A stretch of DNA of 64,000 nucleotides, taken from NCBI GenBank assembly GCA_964369205.1, contig CAYJEK010000006.1, positions 184 to 64,183 on the forward strand. The letters are read 5' to 3'. Under the pieces are notes generated by a model. That model did not search any database and was not told the DNA's origin. It saw only the letters and a list, made by a program, of their open reading frames with translations. Position 1 is the first letter of the stretch. Every line of letters starts with the position of its first letter. Positions 27,325 to 35,975 of this stretch are shown piece by piece. The DNA is from an uncultured Oscillospiraceae bacterium (GTDB taxonomy: Bacteria; Bacillota; Clostridia; Oscillospirales; Ruminococcaceae). Position numbers and translations under genes: made by a program.

Positions 27325-27600
27325 ATGTATCAAGACAAAACTATTGTATGCAAAGACTGTAATCAAGAATTCACTTTCACAGCAGGTGAACAAGAATTCT
27401 ACGCTGAAAGAGGTTTCGAAAACGAACCACAAAGATGTAAATCTTGCCGTGATTCAAGAAAACAAAAAGTTCGTGAAACAAGAGAATACTTTACTTCAAC
27501 ATGCGCAAGCTGTGGAAAAGAAGCTAAAGTTCCTTTCAAACCAAGAGAAGACAGACCAATTCTTTGCAGCGAATGTTTCGCAGAGCAAAAATCTAACTAA
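27325..27600 (+). CDS. zinc-ribbon (double CxxC) domain protein
   Basis: CKDC…CKSC and CASC…CSEC pairs. The FTFTAGEQEFYAERGF motif belongs to the CxxC-x17-CxxC family. A strong SD (AAGGAGAG) lies upstream. Confidence 0.75.
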   Translation: MYQDKTIVCKDCNQEFTFTAGEQEFYAERGFENEPQRCKSCRDSRKQKVRETREYFTSTCASCGKEAKVPFKPREDRPILCSECFAEQKSN

Positions 27601-27612
27601 TTATTGATTTTT

Positions 27613-27643
27613 ATCCACCACTTTTATGTGGTGGATTTTTTTA
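27613..27643 (+). terminator. intrinsic terminator
   Basis: atccaccac-ttttat-gtggtggat followed by T6. Confidence 0.85.
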
Positions 27644-27675
27644 TGAGAAATTTTAAAAATTATGTAAAAAAAATG

Positions 27676-27704
27676 TTGACTTTTTTAGTTATATATGATA
27701 AAAT
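27676..27704 (+). promoter_or_regulatory. sigma-A type promoter of ylxM-ffh
   Basis: TTGACT, 17-nt spacer, TAAAAT. Confidence 0.6.
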
Positions 27705-27771
27705 TCGATAGTAATGTAAAGGCGATAAACTTTACATCGTGAAGAAATCTTGAGAAAGTGGGAATAAAATT

Positions 27772-28137
27772 ATGTCAAAAGACTTGCAAATGTCGTATTT
27801 ATTAGATTTTTATGGTGATGTTTTAACTGAAAAACAAAATAGTATGATGCAGCAATACTTTAATATGGATTTGTCCCTTTCAGAAGTTGCAGATAATTTT
27901 AATATAACAAGACAGGGCGTTCGTGATGCAGTTAAAAGAAGCGAGACTGTACTTTTAGAATTAGAAGAAAAAATTGGATTTGCAAAAAAATACTCAGGAA
28001 TTCAATCAGGGGTAGAAGAAATAAGAACTTTAGTTCAAAATATTAATTATCATAATGATGTTTCCTATGCACCAAATGATGAAATAAAAAAATTCACAGA
28101 TAGAATTTTAACTATATTAAATGAAATAAACGAATAA
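27772..28137 (+). CDS. ylxM: YlxM/p13-like putative DNA-binding protein (UPF0122)
   Basis: LLDFYGDVLTEKQNSMMQQYFNMDLSLSEVADNFNITRQGVRDAVKR. It holds the conserved position upstream of ffh. Confidence 0.85.
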   Translation: MSKDLQMSYLLDFYGDVLTEKQNSMMQQYFNMDLSLSEVADNFNITRQGVRDAVKRSETVLLELEEKIGFAKKYSGIQSGVEEIRTLVQNINYHNDVSYAPNDEIKKFTDRILTILNEINE

Positions 28138-28149
28138 AGGAGGCATATT

Positions 28150-29478
28150 ATGGCATTTGAATCTTTAACACAGAAATTATCTAATGCATTCAAAAAACTT
28201 AGATCAAAAGGCAAACTTACACAAGAAGATATAAAGCTTGCCATGCGTGAAGTGAGAATTGCACTTTTAGAAGCAGATGTTAATATGCTTGTTGCAAAAG
28301 ATTTTATAAAAACAGTTAGCGAGAGAGCTATGGGCAGTGAAGTTATGCAAAGCCTTACTCCAGCACAGCAAGTTATTAAAATTGTTAATGAAGAGCTTGT
28401 TTCTTTAATGGGCGATGCAAATGTAAGAATAAAATTTGCAAGTAAAGGCCCTACTATAGTAATGATGTGCGGTACTCAAGGTGCTGGTAAAACAACTCAT
28501 TCAGCAAAGCTTGCAAAAATGTTTTTAAAACAAGGACACCGACCAATGCTTGCAGCTCTTGATATCTATCGTCCAGCAGCTATCGAGCAATTAGAAATTG
28601 TGGCAAAACAAGCGGGTGTACCAGTTTTCCAATTAGGCAAAACCGATCCTATAGTTGTGGCTAAAAAAGCATATAACCATGCAAAAGATCATGGAAATGA
28701 TATTCTTATTTTAGATACAGCAGGTCGTTTGCATATAGATGAAGAATTAATGCTTGAATTAAAAGGCATTAAAAATGAAGTGCCAGTAACAGAAACCCTG
28801 CTAGTTATTGATGCGATGGCAGGTCAAGATGCTGTAAATGTAGCAAAAGAATTTAATGAGACTATCGGTCTTGATGGCGTTATTATAACGAAAATGGACG
28901 GCGATACAAGAGGCGGTAGTGCATTAAGTGTTAAGGCAGTTACAGGAAAACCTATTAAATTTGTGGGTGTTGGAGAAAAGCTTGATGATTTAGAAAGTTT
29001 TCATCCAGATAGAATGGCAAGCAGAATTCTTGGAATGGGCGATATGCTTTCTCTAATAGAAAAAGCACAAACAATGCAAGATGAAAAAGAAGCCGAAAAC
29101 ACAGCAAAGAGAATGATGGAAAATAAGTTCGATATGAACGATATGCTCTCTCAGCTCCAACAAATGAAAAAAATGGGTGGAATAAATTCAATGCTTTCAA
29201 TGCTTCCAGGTGGTGCTAGTGCATCATCAGAAGATGAAATAAGAGCAGAAAAAGAAATGAAAAGAACAGAGGCTATTATTCACTCTATGACCAAAAAGGA
29301 AAGAGAAAAACCTTCGATTATAGATGCAAAAAGAAAAGTGAGAATAGCAAAAGGTTCAGGCAGTCAGGTGAGTGATGTAAATAGACTGTTAAAACAGTTT
29401 ACTCAAACTCAAAAAATGATGAAGCAGTTCACTAAAAATCCAAAAGCATTCCAAAGAATGTTAAAAGGTATGGGTTAA
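28150..29478 (+). CDS. ffh: signal recognition particle protein Ffh
   Basis: GTQGAGKTT, DTAGRL and TKMDGDTRGG GTPase motifs plus a Met-rich M domain. Confidence 0.97.
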   Translation: MAFESLTQKLSNAFKKLRSKGKLTQEDIKLAMREVRIALLEADVNMLVAKDFIKTVSERAMGSEVMQSLTPAQQVIKIVNEELVSLMGDANVRIKFASKGPTIVMMCGTQGAGKTTHSAKLAKMFLKQGHRPMLAALDIYRPAAIEQLEIVAKQAGVPVFQLGKTDPIVVAKKAYNHAKDHGNDILILDTAGRLHIDEELMLELKGIKNEVPVTETLLVIDAMAGQDAVNVAKEFNETIGLDGVIITKMDGDTRGGSALSVKAVTGKPIKFVGVGEKLDDLESFHPDRMASRILGMGDMLSLIEKAQTMQDEKEAENTAKRMMENKFDMNDMLSQLQQMKKMGGINSMLSMLPGGASASSEDEIRAEKEMKRTEAIIHSMTKKEREKPSIIDAKRKVRIAKGSGSQVSDVNRLLKQFTQTQKMMKQFTKNPKAFQRMLKGMG

Positions 29479-29745
29479 AAAATCTAACGATTTTTTAACC
29501 GTAGTTTTATCATTTTGGCAAGAAGGAAAGCCAAAACTTTATACTAAAGTATAAAGACAGATAAAACGTACAGATACGTAAATTATTAAAAAATCTATTG
29601 ATTTTTTAACCGTAGTTTTATCATTTTGGCAAGAAGGATAGCCAAAACTTTATACTAAAGTATAAAGACAGATAAAACGTACAGATACGTAAATTATTAA
29701 AAAATCTATTGATTTTTTAACCGTAGTTTTATCATTTTGGCAAAA
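29477..29745 (+). repeat. 111-bp tandem repeat, about 2.4 copies, each unit predicted to fold as a three-way junction
   Basis: Units start at 29477, 29588 and 29699. The third is truncated after about 45 nt. Copies 1 and 2 differ at only 3 positions. Confidence 0.95.
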
Positions 29746-29841
29746 TAACAAAAGCTAATAACTGCAAAAGGCAGATATTATATATTTAAAGGTAATAACT
29801 GAAAATTCAGATATTATAAATTATTATGGAGGTATATTAAA

Positions 29842-30084
29842 ATGGCAGTAAAAATCAGACTACGTCGTATGGGCGCTAAAAAAGCACCTTTCTATCGTGT
29901 TGTTGTTGCAGATTCACGTTTTCCAAGAGATGGTAGATTCATCGAAGAAATTGGTTACTATGATCCAACAAAAGAACCAAAAGTAATTTCTATTGATGGC
30001 GAAAAAGCTAAAAAATGGATTGCAACTGGTGCTCAACCAACAGATACTGTAAAAGCTCTTTTAAAGAAAAACAATATCATCTAA
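29842..30084 (+). CDS. rpsP: 30S ribosomal protein S16
   Basis: [26 protein letters not shown] is canonical S16. Confidence 0.95.
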   Translation: MAVKIRLRRMGAKKAPFYRVVVADSRFPRDGRFIEEIGYYDPTKEPKVISIDGEKAKKWIATGAQPTDTVKALLKKNNII

Positions 30085-30103
30085 GATTTAACGGAGGCTT
30101 GTA

Positions 30104-30334
30104 ATGGAGCAATTATTGATAAATATTGCAAAAGGTCTTGTTGAAGATAAAGAGGCTGTTTCAGTAACAATGGAGCAACGTGAAGAGGGACTAACTGTCT
30201 ATCATTTAAAAGTTGCTGAAAATGATACTGGTAGAGTTATAGGTAAGCAAGGCAGAATTGCAAAAGCTATCCGAACAGTTATTAAAGCAGCTGCAAGCCG
30301 CAGTGGTGATAAAGTAATTGTTGAAATAGACTAA
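30104..30334 (+). CDS. khpA: KH-domain RNA-binding protein (KhpA/YlqC)
   Basis: GRVIGKQGRIAKAIRTV KH motif. It holds the conserved position between rpsP and rimM. Confidence 0.85.
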   Translation: MEQLLINIAKGLVEDKEAVSVTMEQREEGLTVYHLKVAENDTGRVIGKQGRIAKAIRTVIKAAASRSGDKVIVEID

Positions 30335-30529
30335 ACAGTCGAATGACTTATAATAGGTGCTTAGATAAATAAGCACCTTATTACTCATTTTATCAAACTA
30401 TGTAATTAAAATTGATTTTTCTTATAAATGTTTGATGCAGCAAAGTATAGGCTTTATCATAGGTTTTTTCTGTGGTAAAACCTATATTTTGCTATAAGGA
30501 ATAATTATTAAAAAGAAGGTGTTTATAAT

Positions 30530-31045
30530 ATGGAATATATACAAACGGGAGAAATAGTTTCAACCCATGGAATTAAAGGTGAAATAAAAATTTACCCTCA
30601 TGCAGATCATCCGCAGATGTTTTTGGATTTTGATACTTTTTATATTAAAAAGAATAAAATGCACTATAAAGAATTAAAAGTGGAAACTATAAGAGTTCAT
30701 AAAAATATGGTACTTGTAAAATTTCTGGATATAGATTCAGTGGAGCTTGCAAGAAATTTAATAGGCAGTGAAGTTTATTTAAATAAAGATGAAATTGAGC
30801 TTCCAGAAGGAAGATACTTTGTTAGCGATTTAATTGGAAGTAGTGTAGTAAATGATGATACAAATGAAGTGTATGGCAGCATTTATGATATTAAATTTTT
30901 AGGCGCTAGTGATATTTACTATATAAAAAATGAAGAAGGAAAAGAATTTATGTTTCCTGCAGTTGATGAATTTATAAAATCAACTGATATAGAAAAAAAA
31001 GAAGTAAGAGTTGTTGTTATAGAGGGTATGTTCAGTGAGAATTAA
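30530..31045 (+). CDS. rimM: 16S rRNA processing protein RimM
   Basis: GEIVSTHGIKGEIKIYP N-terminus and a PRC-barrel C-terminus. Confidence 0.9.
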   Translation: MEYIQTGEIVSTHGIKGEIKIYPHADHPQMFLDFDTFYIKKNKMHYKELKVETIRVHKNMVLVKFLDIDSVELARNLIGSEVYLNKDEIELPEGRYFVSDLIGSSVVNDDTNEVYGSIYDIKFLGASDIYYIKNEEGKEFMFPAVDEFIKSTDIEKKEVRVVVIEGMFSEN

Positions 31046-31745
31046 TATAGCCACTTTATTCACCGAAATGTGTGAAACAGTGTTAAACACTAGTATAATT
31101 GGAAGAGCTAGAAAAAGCGGTGCTATAGATTTAAAAGTGTATAATATAAGGGATTATTCTGATAATAAACATAATCATGTTGATGATGCACCATATGGCG
31201 GTGGGCATGGCATGGTAATAAAAGCGCAGCCGATATATGATTGCTGCAAAGATATAGAAAAATCTAGTAAGACAAAACCTTTTGTTATATTTACATCAGC
31301 AGCGGGTATCCCTTTTACTCAAAATCTTGCAATAGAGCTTTCAAAAAAGGAAGATATAACTATTGTTTGCGGGCATTATGAGGGGATAGACCAAAGAGTT
31401 ATAGATGAAATTTGCGATATGGAAGTGTCTATTGGCGACTTTGTTTTAACAGGAGGAGAACTACCGGCTTTAGTAATAACAGATGCAATAGCAAGGATGA
31501 AACCAGGAGTTTTAAAAAATGAAGAGGGCTTTACTAATGAGAGTCATTATAATGGACTTTTAGAACATGCACAGTATACAAGGCCTTTTGAGTGGAAAAA
31601 TAGAAAGGTTCCAGAAGTGCTAATTAGCGGACATGAAAAGAATATTAATGAATACAGACAAAGTGATTCAATAGAGAGAACAAAGCTTTTAAGACCAGAT
31701 TTATATAAAAAACTATTTAATATAGACAATGATGTTGAAAACTAA
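31035..31745 (+). CDS. trmD: tRNA (guanine37-N1)-methyltransferase
   Basis: GTG start overlapping rimM. DDAPYGGGHGMV and GHYEGIDQRV motifs. Confidence 0.95.
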   Translation: MRINIATLFTEMCETVLNTSIIGRARKSGAIDLKVYNIRDYSDNKHNHVDDAPYGGGHGMVIKAQPIYDCCKDIEKSSKTKPFVIFTSAAGIPFTQNLAIELSKKEDITIVCGHYEGIDQRVIDEICDMEVSIGDFVLTGGELPALVITDAIARMKPGVLKNEEGFTNESHYNGLLEHAQYTRPFEWKNRKVPEVLISGHEKNINEYRQSDSIERTKLLRPDLYKKLFNIDNDVEN

Positions 31746-31820
31746 TCAGCAATTTGCACAAACAATTATTAATAATGATGTCTAATTGATGTTTAAAATA
31801 GAAATTTTGCCGTTTTACCA

Positions 31821-31849
31821 TTGACTAATAATGATAATTACGGTATGAT
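31821..31849 (+). promoter_or_regulatory. sigma-A type promoter of ptsH
   Basis: TTGACT, 17-nt spacer, TATGAT. Confidence 0.55.
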
Positions 31850-31911
31850 ACAAGTGAGAAATAAGGAAATTATTATTTTAAAATTTATATAAAATGGATG
31901 GAGATTAGTTT

Positions 31912-32175
31912 ATGTTTTACAAAGACGTTACAGTAGAAAATCAAGTTGGGTTGCACGCTCGCCCTGCAACATTTTTTATCCAAAAAGCAAATGAATTTAA
32001 ATCATCAATTTGGGTTGAAAAAGAAGAAAGAAGAGTAAATGCAAAAAGTCTTCTTGGAGTTTTATCTTTAGGAATTGTTGGTGGTACAACAATTAGAGTT
32101 ATTGCTGATGGTCAAGATGAAGAAGCAGCTGTTGAAGCGCTTATTAAACTTGTAAATTCAGGTTTTAGTGATTAA
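31912..32175 (+). CDS. ptsH: phosphocarrier protein HPr
   Basis: GLHARPA (His15) and NAKSLLGVLSLG (Ser46) motifs. Confidence 0.9.
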   Translation: MFYKDVTVENQVGLHARPATFFIQKANEFKSSIWVEKEERRVNAKSLLGVLSLGIVGGTTIRVIADGQDEEAAVEALIKLVNSGFSD

Positions 32176-32197
32176 GATTTTATTAAAAATATAATTT

Positions 32198-32227
32198 ACA
32201 CCGCCTTTATTAATGGCGGTGTTTTTT
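32198..32227 (+). terminator. intrinsic terminator after ptsH
   Basis: acaccgcc-tttattaat-ggcggtgt followed by T6. Confidence 0.85.
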
Positions 32228-32273
32228 AAGTATATAGAAATCGATATAAATAAATTAAAGGAAACATTATTGA

Positions 32274-34085
32274 ATGACATTGAATGAACTTTATGAAAAA
32301 GCAAGAAGCTTACCTATGCTACCAGGCATTTATATAATAAAGGATAAGAAAAGTGAAGTTATATATATAGGCAAAGCAAAAAGGCTTAAAGTAAGAGTAA
32401 GTCAATATTTTAAAGAAGGGGCAGACCATCTTGCAAAAGTGCAAAAAATGGTTGATAATGCCTTTGATTTTGATGTTATAGTTACAAACACAGAGTTTGA
32501 GGCATTAACACTTGAGTGTAGCCAGATAAAGCAGCATTCACCAAAATATAATATACTTTTAAAAGATGATAAAGGATATAATTTTATTAAGATATCAAAA
32601 GAAGAATATCCTCGAATAACAGCAGAATTCCAAGCAAATGAAGATGCAAAATATTTAGGACCATATATGTCGAGTTTTGCGGTAAGAGAAATGGTTTCAA
32701 CAGCTCAGCAAATTTTTAAACTGCCAACTTGTACAAAGATTTTTCCAAGAGATTTTAGAAAAGAAAGGCCTTGTTTAAATTTTCATATAGAAAAGTGTAT
32801 GGGAGTTTGCACTGGAAAAATAAAAAAGGCAGATTATAATGAGATAATTGATAATGCTACTAAATTTTTAAAGCAAGATAATGATAAAATAATTGATATA
32901 TTATCAAATAATATGATGAATGCCTCTGAAAATTTACAGTTTGAAAAAGCTGCTATGATAAGAGATCAAATAAATGCTATTGAAAAATTAAAAGCCGGAC
33001 AAAATGTTGTAAATGAATCTTTACAAAACCACGATTTTATATCGGTTGTAGGTAGTGGTAAAAATTGTGCCGTTAGTGTTTTAAGATATAGAAGAGGTCG
33101 TCTTGTTGATAAAAAAGAACATATATTTTTAGGTGAGGAAGATATTAATAATGTTCGCGATGAATTTTTAATTCAGTTTTATTCAGTGGAAGAGCCACCA
33201 AGAACTCTTTTATTAGATGAAATGCCAACAGATGAAGAGATATTAAATTATATTAGTAAAAAATCAAAAACTAAAATTAACATTTCAAAACCACAAAAGG
33301 GCGAAAATATAAAAATTATAAAAATGGCTTATACAAATGCTATAGAACGTCTTGCAAGAGAAACGGGAAGAATAGATAAATCTCAGAAATTTTTAGATGA
33401 GCTTTCTAATTTATTAGGTTTAAGTAAAACACCGTATACAATAGAAAGCTATGATATATCAAACTGGGGAGATAATTCCTCTGTTGGGGGAATGGTAGTT
33501 TTTGAGGGTGGAAAGCCAAAGAAAAGTGGATATAGAAAATTTAAAATAAAAAGCCACCAATCAACAGACGATTATAAAAGTATGCAAGAAGTTTTAACAA
33601 GAAGGATTATGCAGTATTCAAATGGTGCACAAGGTCAATTTGGCATAAAGCCAGACTTAATCCTTCTAGATGGCGGTAAAGGCCATTTATCAAGCATTCT
33701 GCAGGTTATAGATGGGACAGACTTTAGTGATGTACCTGTGTTTGGTATGGTAAAAGATTCAAAACACAGAACACGTGCTATCGTAGGAAGAGATGGTGAA
33801 ATTGAAGTAGCTATGCATAAAGGAATTTTTAAATTTATAACTGAAATTCAAGATGAAGTGCATAGGTTTTCAATAGAGTATCAAAGAAGAACACAGAAAA
33901 CAAAATCATATGCTGTAACTTTAACAAAAATTAAAGGTATAGGTGAGAAAAAAGCTGAAAACTTAATGAAAGAATTTAAAACACTAGCAAATGTTAAAGA
34001 ACAAAGTGTTGAAAATCTTTTAAAGGTAGAGGGCATAAGTGAGAATGATGCAAAAAACGTGTTTAACTATTTTAGAGAGATATAG
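32274..34085 (+). CDS. uvrC: excinuclease ABC subunit C
   Basis: GIY-YIG N-terminus (PGIYIIKD…VIYIGKAK), a UVR domain and a C-terminal HhH. 603 aa. Confidence 0.95.
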   Translation: MTLNELYEKARSLPMLPGIYIIKDKKSEVIYIGKAKRLKVRVSQYFKEGADHLAKVQKMVDNAFDFDVIVTNTEFEALTLECSQIKQHSPKYNILLKDDKGYNFIKISKEEYPRITAEFQANEDAKYLGPYMSSFAVREMVSTAQQIFKLPTCTKIFPRDFRKERPCLNFHIEKCMGVCTGKIKKADYNEIIDNATKFLKQDNDKIIDILSNNMMNASENLQFEKAAMIRDQINAIEKLKAGQNVVNESLQNHDFISVVGSGKNCAVSVLRYRRGRLVDKKEHIFLGEEDINNVRDEFLIQFYSVEEPPRTLLLDEMPTDEEILNYISKKSKTKINISKPQKGENIKIIKMAYTNAIERLARETGRIDKSQKFLDELSNLLGLSKTPYTIESYDISNWGDNSSVGGMVVFEGGKPKKSGYRKFKIKSHQSTDDYKSMQEVLTRRIMQYSNGAQGQFGIKPDLILLDGGKGHLSSILQVIDGTDFSDVPVFGMVKDSKHRTRAIVGRDGEIEVAMHKGIFKFITEIQDEVHRFSIEYQRRTQKTKSYAVTLTKIKGIGEKKAENLMKEFKTLANVKEQSVENLLKVEGISENDAKNVFNYFREI

Positions 34086-34115
34086 TTTTTAATAAAAGTA
34101 AAGGAAATAAGATAT

Positions 34116-34658
34116 ATGAAAGTTATAAGTGGATTTGCAAGAGGGAAAAAATTAATAACACTAGAAGGCGATGCAACAAGGCCTACACTACAAAGAGTTA
34201 AAGAAGGAGTTTTTTCTTCTATCCAATTTGTTGTGCCAGGAGCAAAAGTATTAGATTTATTTGCTGGGAGTGGTCAAATGGGAATAGAGGCTTTATCTCG
34301 AAATGCTTCCCTTGCAGTTTTTGTTGATGATAATAAAGAGGCTAATGAAGTTGTAATTAAAAATTTAAAATCATGTGGGCTATTTGAAAAAAGCAGAGTT
34401 ATAAAAATGAGAGCAGAAGATTATATTTTATCTGCAAAAGATAAGTTTGATATAATTTTTTTAGATCCTCCTTTTGAAAAGGGGATATTAGATGAAATTT
34501 TTTTAAAAGTATATAATTTGTTATCAGAAGATGGTATAATAATAGTCGAGTCTGAAAAAAACTGGCAGCTTTCAGCTAGTATTGAAGGGTTAATTTTGCA
34601 AAAAGAATACAAATATTCAAATTTGAAAGTTTCAAAATTTATAAAAGAGGAAAATTAA
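34116..34658 (+). CDS. rsmD: 16S rRNA (guanine966-N2)-methyltransferase
   Basis: RPTLQRVKEGVFS, DLFAGSGQMGIEALSR and FLDPPF motifs. Confidence 0.9.
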   Translation: MKVISGFARGKKLITLEGDATRPTLQRVKEGVFSSIQFVVPGAKVLDLFAGSGQMGIEALSRNASLAVFVDDNKEANEVVIKNLKSCGLFEKSRVIKMRAEDYILSAKDKFDIIFLDPPFEKGILDEIFLKVYNLLSEDGIIIVESEKNWQLSASIEGLILQKEYKYSNLKVSKFIKEEN

Positions 34659-34672
34659 GAAAGGCTGATATT

Positions 34673-35149
34673 ATGAAAATTGCAGTTTATCCAGGAAGCT
34701 TTGATCCTGTTACAAAAGGGCATATAGATATAGTTGAAAGAGCAAGCAAAATTTTTGATAAAGTTATCGTTGTTGTAATGGTTAACCCAACAAAAACACC
34801 TGTCTTTTCAACAGAGGAAAGAGTCGATTTTATTAAAAGGGTTACAAAGCATGTAAAAAATGTTGAAGTGGATAGCTACGTAGGCCTTGTTGTTGATTAT
34901 GCAAATAAAAAAAATGCCGATACTCTAATAAAAGGGCTTCGTGCAGTGACAGATTTTGAATACGAGTTTCAACAAGCTTTAACAAATAAAAAATTAGATA
35001 ATAATCTTGAAACATTATTTTTAGTTACAAATCAGGAGTATATGTATTTATCTTCAACAGTTGTAAGGCAAATAGCAAGCTTTGGGGCAGATATAACACA
35101 GTTTGTGCCAGCTGAAATAAAAGAAGATTTATTAAAAAAGATAAAATAG
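34673..35149 (+). CDS. coaD: phosphopantetheine adenylyltransferase
   Basis: AVYPGSFDPVTKGHIDI N-terminus. Confidence 0.95.
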   Translation: MKIAVYPGSFDPVTKGHIDIVERASKIFDKVIVVVMVNPTKTPVFSTEERVDFIKRVTKHVKNVEVDSYVGLVVDYANKKNADTLIKGLRAVTDFEYEFQQALTNKKLDNNLETLFLVTNQEYMYLSSTVVRQIASFGADITQFVPAEIKEDLLKKIK

Positions 35150-35181
35150 CTATATTTTAGAAGGAAAGGATGGTAGTGTTT

Positions 35182-35631
35182 ATGGCAGCAACTATTGAAA
35201 ATATATTAGAAAGTTTAGAAGAATTATTAGACGAGGCTGTTTCTGTTCCATTTAGTAATGGAAAGAGAGTGGTTGATGTGGATTTAGCAAGAGACATAAT
35301 AGATGATATTAAAATCAATTTGCCACAAGAAATTTTGCAAGCAAAAGCAATTGTGCAAGATAGAGCAAATATTCTTCAAAGGGCAAATAAAGAAGCGGAA
35401 GACTTAATAAGAAGAGCAGAAGAAAGAGCAAGATACTTAATTGATAGAGAAGAAATAGTAAAAAAAGCTACTGAGCAAGCTAAAGAAATTCGTTCAGTTT
35501 CGCTAACTCAAGCAGCGCAATTAAAATCGCAACTAACACAGTTTTGTGATAGTATGCTTATTTCAACACAAGAGCACTTAACAAAAAGTTTAAATGAAGT
35601 AAAATCTGCAAGAGAAGCTTTAAAAAAATAA
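35182..35631 (+). CDS. hypothetical coiled-coil protein
   Basis: About 150 aa, charged and helical (…RANKEAEDLIRRAEERARYLIDREEIVKKATEQAKEI…). No family was recognised with confidence, and the start is uncertain (35170 or 35182). Confidence 0.45.
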   Translation: MAATIENILESLEELLDEAVSVPFSNGKRVVDVDLARDIIDDIKINLPQEILQAKAIVQDRANILQRANKEAEDLIRRAEERARYLIDREEIVKKATEQAKEIRSVSLTQAAQLKSQLTQFCDSMLISTQEHLTKSLNEVKSAREALKK

Positions 35632-35710
35632 TGAACCTTATAAAATCTTTTTGAGTATTATAGTAATAGAACATATATTGGTTTTATTAGATTAAGAAAG
35701 GAAAAATATT

Positions 35711-35782
35711 ATGAAGGTTGTTGTGATTAAAAGTCCAAAAATGCTAAAAGGAATATTAAGATATATTTTTAAAATAAAATAA
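35711..35782 (+). CDS. spoVM: stage V sporulation protein M (SpoVM)-like 23-aa peptide
   Basis: Too short for the ORF track. MKVVVIKSPKMLKGILRYIFKIK aligns with B. subtilis SpoVM MKFYTIKLPKFLGGIVRAML (MK..xIKxPKxLxGIxR). An SD (aaagga) lies upstream and a terminator follows. Confidence 0.7.
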   Translation: MKVVVIKSPKMLKGILRYIFKIK

Positions 35783-35800
35783 TTTAAAATAAAAACAAAG

Positions 35801-35836
35801 CTTTATTGGCTTTGTTTTTATTTTTTGGAAAAAATT
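35801..35836 (+). terminator. intrinsic terminator after the spoVM-like ORF
   Basis: aaaaacaaagc-tttattg-gctttgttttt plus a T-run. Confidence 0.85.
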
Positions 35837-35975
35837 AGCAAGGTTGAATAAACAGTGAATAATGTAAAAAAATAGCACATAGATATATCAATGAATTTAC
35901 ATAATAAATATTGATTTTATAGGCTGAAATGTGATATTATAGTAAGAGATATTTAGCATAAGGAGGTTTAAATAA

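Noticed and set aside
27344-27607. 87-aa ORF overlapping the zinc-ribbon gene in another frame
   Set aside because: It shares almost the entire span with 27325-27600. That frame has a strong SD and a recognisable double-CxxC family sequence, whereas the alternative frame is K/N/Q-rich with no motif.
29477-29745. Could the ffh-rpsP repeat be a CRISPR array?
   Set aside because: The repeat unit is 111 bp with no unique spacers between units, so it is a pure head-to-tail tandem duplication. There are only 2.4 copies and no cas genes nearby. This is not CRISPR architecture.
31746-31911. An expected rplS (L19) after trmD
   Set aside because: No ORF resembling L19 follows trmD. The spacer holds only a ptsH promoter. 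I treat this as a synteny difference rather than a missed gene or pseudogene, because no degraded L19-like frame is visible.
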